From: Lama guanicoe
Taxonomy: Eukaryota
Assembly (NCBI GenBank): GCA_013239625.1
Contig: MU053645.1
Location: 922,274 to 986,273, forward strand
Direction: 5' to 3'
Length of the DNA stretch: 64,000 nucleotides
In this document: positions 54,086 to 64,000 of the stretch, piece by piece
How positions within the stretch are numbered: the first letter of the stretch is position 1
Layout of the letters: each line of letters opens with the position of its first letter
Made by a program: the position numbers and the translations under genes
The notes under the pieces: model-generated
Databases searched by the model: none
Seen by the model: only the letters and a program-made list of their open reading frames with translations
Told to the model about the DNA's origin: nothing

Positions 54086-54315
54086 ACAAGGATGTTCCCA
54101 GAGAAATGCATTTGCTTTGGGACATAATTAAGATATGACATTTTCAAAAGCAACTTCAGCAAAATGAAGAGGAAACCAAATGAAATAATTATAATAATAA
54201 AAATAGTATAAAGCCAACTTTCCAAAGTCCAGGTTTCCGATCGTAAAAGTCCCAAATAAAAGCAACTTGGGTGTTTCCTTGGATTTTGAAGACCCTCAAA
54301 TTCCCTTAAGATGAT

Positions 54316-54530
54316 TGTATTAGTCAGTTCAGGCTGCTATAACGAAGTACCATGGACTAGGTGGCTTATAAACAACGGAAATGTATTGCTCACAGTTCTG
54401 GAGGTTGGAAATTCTAAATCAAGATGTCAGCATAGTTGGGTTCTGGTGAGAGCTCTCTACTGGGTTGGAGACTGCCTCACTGTATCCTCTCTTGGCAGAA
54501 AGAGGGCAAGAGAGCTCTATGGGATCCTTT
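54316..54530 (-). mobile_element. MaLR LTR fragment (MLT1A-like), followed by a short L1 tail (~54530-54598)
   Basis: 'tgtattagtcagttcaggctgctataac...ggtggcttataaacaac...ctcacagttctggagg...ttctggtgag'. Confidence 0.88.
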
Positions 54531-57284
54531 TATTTATTTATTTATTTATTTATTTAATTTTTAAGTTATAATTGACATACTGTATTAGTTTCAACTGTAG
54601 TGAGAATTTCAGACAAATCACAGAGGCTGACTATTCTCTTTTGCCCATCCCACCTCTGAGATACAGTGTAGGTGAGACTCTGATCCTATCTACATGCTCC
54701 AAAGCTAGATTAGGTTCCCTCTTATACTCCCATAATCTTGTCGACTTTTCTTTCATAATAGTCGTACCTGGAACTACTTGCACAATGCCTGTCTTGCCTG
54801 CCACACTACAAACTTCATGTCTTGCTTGAGGATTATCGTATTTCCAGCACACAGTATCTATCAGGCCTCCAAGAAATATGTATTGAATTGACTCTGTACT
54901 GTGAAACATTCATGGTTTTGTGGGTCATGATGACTAGAAGGGGAAAATTACTTCTTCATGCTGCTTATTTATGATTTGAAGACTGATTACTATCATGGTT
55001 AAAAATCCCCGTGGATTTCCTCTTCTCCAGAGCCAGTGTCTGCTATATGAATGATATGCTTATCTACAGAGTAGATAACATGGAGGTAACACTGTTTTCC
55101 TCTGTATCCATTTAACACACACAGCATTTTTTTAAATAGTTTGCCAGCTGAATTAATTTCGTGAGACCTATTGGCCCAGGGCAGAAGGGAAGAATGTCCC
55201 CTCAATTCTGTCTTAGCTTTAACTGTCCCTAGACACCTTTTGATTTCCACAGACTACTTCTGTCAGTTTGGAACACAGCCTAATTCCCATCCTCCTCACT
55301 CTTGTTCAATTTGAACAGTCATTCTACAGAAAACAAAGAGAAGAGAAAAGAAAATGAGATTACGAGTTGTGCTAAGAAAAATATATTAAATATGCTAGTG
55401 TCCAGGTTGGCATGTTTGGCTGTTGATGAAGGTGACTGAATCTATGATTCACATCACCAGGAAAATCAGAAACATGTATTGTGGCTGCAGTTTCTGGTGG
55501 GGGGGAATAAACAGTTATACACATAATGACGAATACCTCTGTTCCATTTAGAAACTTAACTCTATTTTCTTGATTTATTGTTCGTATTATACTAAGCCAG
55601 TTAGCTTGGCTTCAGGGTAGCATAACAGAGAGGCCAAATAAAGTTCCTCAACCTTCTTTCTGAGCTTGGGTACATGAATTCCTTGGAATAGAGGATATAA
55701 AATAATTATGTAACCCCTTCTCATCTGGAATGTTTTGTTAAAATTTTTGTCATTAAAGAAGATGGCAAAATACAAGATATAAATATAAATACTGTAATAT
55801 AATGTGTGATATGTATATCTCAGAACTTATTTATTCAAGTGTATGTTTTCATAGCCATTTACAAAGGCTTCTCTCACTTGGTTATCTGCCCCACCTCTGG
55901 CTCCCACAGCACCTGTGTTTTCTTCTACAACAGCACTTAGCACGTTGTACTATAAACATCTGTTGACTTGGCTATGTCCCCAACTAGAGAACAACATCAT
56001 TGAGGGCAGGGCCCAAAATTCGTCATCTCAGCCATGCACAAAGGAGATAACAAAAGTGACCTTTCAATAGCACATGCTCCTATAATATGTATCAACTGCC
56101 TTCAGAATCCATTTGCAAGCTGCCCAAGAGGAGCAGTTACATTAATTGTAATCACACCTAATCCACGATCCAGGAATGATGAATTACTAAAGAGTATATC
56201 AAAGTATAATCCATACTTAAATATTACATTGTACATTAATGAATCTCTCCTTCTGATTCAGAAGGCACTTGTGAGCCTTGGGAGTCACCACTGGGAACTC
56301 TGATCAGAATTTGGCAAGTATGGATTACTAGTTGACAGGGAGCTCTGTCTGAATAAAATGCTAAAGTAATTGGAAAATTGAATTTTGCCAATTGGGCATA
56401 AGAAGGGCCTGTCATCATTCTAATGATACTCTTGGAGCTGTATCAGCTCATGGAGGCAAAAGGCGAGCAGATGATGTAGAAAATACCTATCTTTTACTCA
56501 CCTACTATCTAGGTTACCTTTACCTTATGATCAGGGCCTATGGCATACCCCAAAAGTTCTTCCCTTCTGAGATATTAACACATAACTCTCAATGAGATAA
56601 TCACATTATTTTGTATACTGATGACTCTTCTGTTAAAATAAATGCATTCTTTGCATGAAAATAAACCATGTTATGTTCTTGTGATTTATTATGTATTTGC
56701 CTACATTTTGGAGGGCTCTTTTTTTAACTATAAAGCAACCTACAGATTGACCAATACATCTGTAGATGGTTAAAACATGCTCTTTAGGCCTCACAGAAGT
56801 TTTTCACATGAAGCTTCTAAGAGACAAAATTAAAAATACCTATTTTCCAAAATGTCAATTTTATTTTAAATGAGTCAAAGTAAACTTTGCTTTTCTTAAA
56901 TGTTGATCTTCCTCTGGAGATGTTAAAGATATAAGAAATTTCCCCAAGATACACTTTATAGTTAGCAGATTTTATATTGTAAAATCATAGCCAACTTATG
57001 CCCCACCAGGAATTTTACATGAAGGTTTGAGAACCTATGTATTCTTTGATATTTATACACACAGAACTCATTTAGCATTGCTTGTATAGCATACATTTCC
57101 TATAATAGGCACAACACCAACAGTAAGTACTGTGGCTGTTTAGTATGTGTTAATTGTCGAGCCAGCTGCACTGCAGTTATGTCTCAATACATATTCTGTT
57201 AATAGTTTACTCTGACCTCAATACCAGATAATGTCCTATCTCTCTTCGTATAAACAACATATAGACTCTGACGTATAGTTTGTA

Positions 57285-57520
57285 TTAGTGGTTACTATAT
57301 ATTGAGTGCATACTGTAGCCGGGAACACAATACTTTCTTTTTGGACCCTCAATATATCCTTCCAAAGTAAGTAGGAGAGCCCAATTGTACAGCTGAAGAA
57401 ATTAAGACAATTAGCAGTGATAGCTCGCTCAAAGTCACATAGCATATTGTGACATGAGAAACCAACCCCAGGTCATTTGATTGCAAAGCCCATGCTCTTA
57501 AACACCATGGTAGACTGCTC
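57285..57520 (-). mobile_element. MIR SINE
   Basis: 'tattgagtgcatactgtagcc...acagctgaagaaattaagac...ctcaaagtcacatagc...caaagcccatgctcttaa'. Confidence 0.8.
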
Positions 57521-58096
57521 AGTGTAAATGTTTGTTGAACTAAACTATTAAGCTGAATATGATAAATTTAAAGTCCCTTATATGAATTAGGTTTTATTTA
57601 GAATTTTCCAATTGAAGCCAAAAATTTGTTACTTTCATTCTTTTTTGGTAACTTCAACTCAGATAGTGGAATATAAATGGTTCTACATTCACCTTAAGGC
57701 AGTTGTGCTTTTCTGTTTAAAAAAAAAAAAAAACACAGAATCTCAAAACTTTAGGTCTTGCATTCCCTGACCATTTGGTTTAGTTATTTTCTCGCCTACT
57801 TTTTTCATTTTTGGTAATGAGTTTTTAAACATTTTTCATGTTATTTTACTTCCTCAAATAAGTATCTCCTGACTTGTTGATCTGAGATGGTAGCAAATGC
57901 TATGTCATTATACAACATACATTTTAACTTAGTTAAAAATATTAAAATCAATATACATCTTACATTTAAGCCCTATTTATTCACCATTTAAAAATCCCAG
58001 AGGAATATGACTACTCTTACGATCCTAAAATAGAAAAAAAAATTACCCATTTGATTCTAAAATAAACTGAAAAAAGGCAAAGTAAATTATATGAAG

Positions 58097-59572
58097 ATCA
58101 AAATACCAAGGGTATTTTTCATAGAACTAGAATAATTTTTAAATTTGTATGGAAACACAAAAGATCCTGAATAGCCAAAAAATTCTTGAGAAAGAACAGA
58201 ACTAGAGGAATCACCCTCCCTGACTTCCAACTACACTACAAAGCCACAGTAATCAAAACAGCATGGTACTGGCACAAAACTAGACACACAGGCAATGGAA
58301 CAGAATAGAGAGCCCAGAAATAGATCCACGCACCTACAGTCAATTAACCTATGACAAAGGAGGCAAGGATATACAATGGAGAAAAGACAGTCTCTTCAAT
58401 GAGTGGTGCTGGGAAAACTGGACAGCTACATGTAAAAGAATGAAATTAGAACATTCTCTAACACCATATGCCAAAATAAGCTCAAAATGGAATGTAAGAC
58501 TGAAAACCATAAAACTCCTAGAAGAAAAATAAGGAGAACACTCTTTGAGATAAATTACAACAATATTTTTTGGATCTGTCTCCTACAGCAAAGGGAAAAA
58601 AGCAAAAACAAACAAATGAGACCTAATTAGACTTAAAACCTTTGCACAGCAAAGGTAACAAAAACCAAACAAAAAGACAAGCTACTGAATGGGGGAAAAT
58701 ATTTGAAAATGATATGACTGATAAGGGATTAATATCCAAAATACATAAACAGCTCACATAACCCAATATCCAAAAAAAGAAAAAAAACTTGAATAAAAAT
58801 GGGCGGAAGACATGAATAGATATTTTTCCAAAGAAGACATACAGATAGCCAACAGGCACAAGCAAAGATGCTCAACATCACTAATCATCAGGGAAATGCA
58901 AATCTAAACCCTAATGAGACACCACCTCACACCTATCAGAACAGTTATCATCAATAACAGTGTATTGGTGAAGATACGGAATAATGAAACCCTCATACAC
59001 TATTGGTGAAAACATAAATCGGTAAACCCAGTGTGGAAAACACTATGAAGGTTTCTCAAAAAATAAAAATATAACTAGCATATGACCCAGCAATTCCACT
59101 CCTGTGTATATATCTGAAAAAAAAAATGAAAACATTAATTTGGAAAGATACATGCACACCAATGGTCACAGCAGCAGTATAATTGTCAAGATGTGGAAGC
59201 AGCTTAAGTGTCCATTAACAGATGAAAGGATAAAGAAGATAAGGTATCTATCACTTAAATGTAGCACTAAAAAATAAAACAAACTAATGAATATAACAAA
59301 AAAGAAACAGACTCACAAATATAGAGAACAAACTAGTAGTTACCAGTGGAGAGAGGAAAGGGGGGATGGGCAAGATAGGGGTAGGGGATTAAGAGGAACA
59401 AACTATTATGTATAAAATAAGTAAGCTACAAGGATATATCATATAATATAGGGAATATAGCAAATATTTTATAGTAACTACAAATTGAGCATAATGTATA
59501 AAAATTGTGAATCACTATGTTGTACACCTACTCTTATATAATATTGCACATCAACTGTACTTCAATAAAAAA
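58097..59572 (+). mobile_element. 5'-truncated LINE-1 (ORF2 3' part plus 3'UTR), decayed
   Basis: 'atggaaacacaaaagatcctgaatagccaaa', 'cagtaatcaaaacagcatggtactggcac', 'ggtgctgggaaaactggacagc', 'aagatgctcaacatcactaatcatcagggaaatgcaa', ending 'caactgtacttcaataaaaaa'; no open ORF2. Confidence 0.95.
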
Positions 59573-60434
59573 TATACATGTATGTCTAATAAGAAATAGT
59601 AAGGGTAAAAAGAAAAATGGAAGAAGAACATCATTGTTTGGCAACCACTACATAAAAAATAAAATTCTTATTTAAAAGCATAAAATATAAAGTAAAATAA
59701 GCTGAAAAAAGAGAAAGTAAATTATATGAAGATCAAAAAAAGGTCTATGTAGGTTGAAGCACATTACCACTTGCATATGACTAATGGTGAATTACTTTAA
59801 GGCAAGATGTGTTACAAACAATCATTGCAATAGAACCATAATCAATGAATTTGCTAATGGCCTTTCCTCCTCCAGACATGAGCAAATGTTCATCTTTAGT
59901 ATTCACATACACTATACATTTCACTTTGGGAGCATATAAAAAAAAGGCATACATGAAGTTGTTACAATTAACTGGCACCTATTTATAAAGAAAGACATTC
60001 CTCTAACATTCTTATTTCCAAGGAGGTCAGTAAGCTCTGTTGATTGTACATCTGATTCAAATTAGCAGCAGATAATGTTCTGTTTGTTAAACATGTTGGG
60101 CAAAATGATGGATTTGATAATTTAAACATTTTCTTACTTATGAGACTATATTACATATCTTATAAAATCTTTGCTAAAATGTAGGGCTGTTAGATAATGG
60201 GCTCGTCCAGGCAGCGGAGATTTTAGTTTTTGGATATCACAGGCATTTGGGAAGGTGAGCACTCTCAACCTAATGGGACATATACCTATTGAAAATAGCA
60301 AATTATTACATCTATTGTTTTCATGTTTTTCTTTAAAATATTATTTCCTCGTTTTCCTAACTTATCATCACCCACTATTATAATATTCACCCGTCCTTAT
60401 TTAGCAACCTCAATTACCCGACAGCACATCCAAG

Positions 60435-60930
60435 AGAACTAACATTTATTAAGCACCTACTATATAACAGTCACTTATACAAAATTTACTCCTCACAACC
60501 TCAATTTACAGCCAGGACAGAGACAGGTGAGAAGAAGAGAAGAAGAAAACTGAGATGTGTGCTGGCCACCACGTTAAGTACTTTTCAAATTATTGACCTA
60601 ATCCTCACAATCTTGTAAAGTGGGTCTTACCACCATTTTGGACATGACAGAAATAAGACTCAGTGATACTGACTTCCCTAAAGCCATAAACCTAGTTACT
60701 TGCTGAGGCAGAATTTGAATACAGGTCTTTATGACTTCAAAAAATGTGCTCTGTCCAGCACACGTTAAATGTTTCCTTCTCTAAGATACGTACAGACCGG
60801 TATTTCTCTGATTTCTTAGACTGAAAAACACTGAGGCACATAGAGATTAAATCATCAGTCTGAAATCACGTAAGAAGTTAATGAAAGAGCTGGAACTAAT
60901 ACCTAGGAAAAGGAATCCTAAAGCAGTATT
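60435..60930 (-). mobile_element. Cluster of MIR fragments
   Basis: 'aacatttattaagcacctacta', 'cctaatcctcacaatcttg...gaaataagactcagtga', 'aaacactgaggcacatagagattaa'. Confidence 0.7.
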
Positions 60931-61664
60931 TCCCACTGGACATCATATAACTTGTAAACTATATTAGGTACCAGTTCAAGGAGGCAGTACAGTCTTCATC
61001 AGTTAAATGTAAAATTTAGACTAATGAGACTCTGTTGTTGACAACTTAAATATAAGAGTTATTTAAGTCCTCAAACCTGAAATTAAAGCTCTCATAGCAA
61101 GATTAGTTTGAGCTAATTGTGCACATACATTATTTTGCTTTATTTGCTCGGCTGTAAACTACCTGCGTTTAGAGACAAGTTAATGTTAATAAGAGAACAA
61201 AGCCTCAAGAACTTTCAAAAAACACACTGAGTGTGAAATGTAAGTGATAATTAAATATTATCATAATACAAACTTTCTTACAAAATGTCCTTGATTTTAC
61301 TTTTGAAGCTGTATAAGGAAGATGTTTAGAAAAGAAAGAAAAATCCAGAAATCAAGGCCCTTACTGACTGACTTTCTAGTACAGAAAGTATAAAACAGTT
61401 GGAAATACTTTCTTTCACTAACTGATAAAGGTCACAATTTGACACAACTTGAGTTGGAGATGTCTGTCAGTGGAGAAAGCACGTGGTTGAATAGCAGCTG
61501 TGCGGTGATTGTTAAAAATGGTATATATTGGTCCAGTCAGAAAACACATCATGTATCCTATGAAAGAAGTGTTTTGTTTGTTTTAGAAAATCCATATTAG
61601 TCATTTCCAAACATAAAAAACCATTTTTAGGATCATTAAAAAATAATAGAGATCATATGTTGAC

Positions 61665-62500
61665 ATAGTATCATTCTTTCATTGAACAAGTATTGATTGA
61701 GTGCTACTTGTGTACTGGTCACAGTTTCTCGCACTGTGGATACATAAAGTAAATGAAACAGACAACAATTTCTGCCCTCAGGGAGTTTATATTCTAGTGG
61801 GGAGAGACAGTGAAACATAACATGGTAAGTAAATTTTATAGTAAGTTAGATGGTGATTAAGTATTACAGGAAAAATAGTGTAGGCAGGGAATCAGTGGGA
61901 TCAGTGGTACTGAGTGTTTGCAAGTTTAAGTGGTATGGTTGCTGTGGCCCTCACTGAAGAAAGACGACATATGAACAAAGAAATGAAGTGTACCCAAGTA
62001 TATGGATTTCAGGGGAAGAACATTCCAGGCAGAGAGAACAGTCAGTACAAAGGCCCTAAGATGGGCAGCATGATTGAAATATGAGAGAAGGAGATCAATC
62101 AAAGTGATTCAAAGGTTTAAACATGAGAAATAGGAAAGATGGATTAGCCACTAACTGAGAAATGAAGATTGCCTGGAGCAGGATTTAGGAAAAAAAACTA
62201 TCAGTTTAGTTTAGGACATATTAAATGTGAGCAATCTACTAGACATTCAAGTGAAAATGATGAGTAGGGAAGTCAGCTATCTAAGTCGAGTTTAGGGGAG
62301 AAGTCTGGTCTGGATAGATTATGGAGTTATCAACATAAAGATATTTAAAGCCATGAAACTGGATGAGATCAATAAGGGAATCAGCAAAGAGAGAGAAAAG
62401 AATGGGTCCAAGGACTGAACCCTGGGGCATTCCAATGTTAAGAAATTTGAGACAAGAAGAGGAACCAGCAAGATAAACTGAGATGAAAGAGCAAGTGAGA
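61665..62500 (-). mobile_element. LINE-2 remnant
   Basis: 'caagtattgattgagtgctac...tctgccctcagggagtttatattctagtggggagagac', 'aaagccatgaaactggatgagatca...ccaaggactgaaccctggggcattccaa'. Confidence 0.88.
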
Positions 62501-62954
62501 TCAGAATCAGAATAAACAAACCCTAAAATACTAAACTGGTGTGCCCTTATTTAGTATTCACAATAAAATCTTGAGGCCTAAATTGTCCCAAAGGTCTTCT
62601 ACTGAGTTGTTGTTTTTTTTTAAAATGCCACAAATCAGGGACAATATTTATACTACTTTACACTTCTAGTAGACCTTTTTGAAAGTATGCTGATGATAAA
62701 TTGGAAATACCTTTACGTATTACTCTAACCTAGGTTATTTAAAAATATGTATAATCTGTACATGAACAAATATCCATATATAGCCAATTTTGAAGTGTAT
62801 AATATAGCTAGTAATGATTTTAATGCTTAAAAAATCATAAAATGGTGAGCAGCTTTTTCAAGATAATTCCATCATTTACAAGATGTCCTTTATATTTAAG
62901 AAGAGGTGATGGACATTTAAGTATTTACTGGCTGATGATTACCATTTGTTTTTT

Positions 62955-63310
62955 TCTCTTTTTTATATTTTTTATTGAGGTATAGCTGATTTACAATGTT
63001 GTGTTAATTTCTAGTGTAGGGCATAGTGACTCAGATATACAGACACATATATATAATCCTTTTCATATTCTTTTTGCATTATAGGCTATTACAAGGTACT
63101 GAATATAGTAGGACCTTGTTGTTTATCTATTTTATATATAGTAGTTAGTATCTGCAAATCCCAAACTCCCAATTTATCCCTCCCTATTCCCTTCCCACCC
63201 TGGTAACCATAAGCTTGTTTTCTATGTCTGTGAGCCTGTACCTGTTTTGTAAATAAGTTCATTTATACCCTTTTTTTTTTTTAGAGCCCACATATAAGTG
63301 ATATCACATG
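62955..63310 (-). mobile_element. LINE-1 3' end, camelid type
   Basis: 'tttattgaggtatagctgatttacaatgttgtg...gtagttagtatctgcaaatcccaaactcccaatttatccc'. Confidence 0.9.
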
Positions 63311-63327
63311 GTAGTTTTCTTACCATA

Positions 63328-63860
63328 TGTTTTAACAGCTTTATTAAGATATAATTCACATACCATACAATTTATTCATTTTAAGTGTGCAATTCTATGG
63401 TTTTTAGTATATTCACAGACATGTGCAACCATCACCACAGTCAATTTTACACATTTTCATCACAGCAAAGAGATACTATATGCCATTTAGCTGTCATTCC
63501 CCACCCTCCATCTCCCCAGCCCTAAGAACCACTGATCTACTTTTAGTCTATACAGATTTGCCTGTTCGAGACATTTCATATGCATAAAATCATATAACTT
63601 GTAGTCTTATGTGACTGCCTTCTATCGCTTGCTTAGCATGTTTTCAAAGTTCATCCAAGTTGTAGCATGTACCAGTACTTCATTTCCTTTTATAATCAAA
63701 TAATATTCCATTATATGCGTTTGCCTCATTTCTCTGTTCATTCATTTACTGATGAACATTTGACTTGTTTCCACCTTCTGGATATTTTGAGTAGCTCTGC
63801 GAGGAATTCATGTACACGATTTTGTTGGGAAACCTGTTTTCAATTCTTTTGTGTACATAC
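63328..63860 (-). mobile_element. Older LINE-1 3' end (L1MB-like)
   Basis: 'aacagctttattaagatataattcacataccatacaatttattcattttaagtgtgcaattc...caaagttcatccaagttgtagcatgtaccagtacttcattt'. Confidence 0.9.
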
Positions 63861-64000
63861 CTTACCTTGGGTTTTAAAAACAAAAATATTTCTCCCCTTT
63901 AAAAAATGCAGGCATTATTTTTCACCTTTTTCTTGTAAGAAAAAAAGGTTGGGCAAAGAATCAGGGATGAAGATTAATACTTACTGAACAAAAATAGTGG

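Overview
This is AT-rich mammalian genomic DNA, almost certainly camelid (alpaca, llama or camel). The evidence is two copies of the camelid tRNA-derived SINE (GGGGAGGGTATAGCTCAGTGG...GGGTTCAATCCCCAG), camelid-type L1 3' ends, and no Alu, Bov-A/tA, PRE-1 or B1/B2. The window looks like a long intron or intergenic stretch, densely filled with old repeats (L2, MIR, hAT MITEs, MaLR/ERV1 LTRs, L1M) and younger L1 3' fragments. The only gene I can name is a near full-length, disabled processed pseudogene of ELOF1 (minus strand, ~22107-22977) with a poly-A tail and target-site duplication (TSD). No intact multi-exon gene was recognised, and nearly all ORF-track entries are repeat-derived or chance frames. 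The most interesting unexplained features are: (1) a CpG-retaining ~370-bp unique element at 40.2-40.6 kb with exon-like signals on both strands; (2) small candidate minus-strand exons that are phase-compatible with it; (3) an L1 flanked by a 46-bp direct repeat with ~120 bp of extra 3' sequence, a possible transduction; (4) a 64-bp very young L1 tail with a perfect 17-bp TSD; (5) a diverged 98-bp tandem duplication. I found no convincing new biological system. Repeat subfamily names come from remembered consensus sequences and repeat boundaries are approximate.
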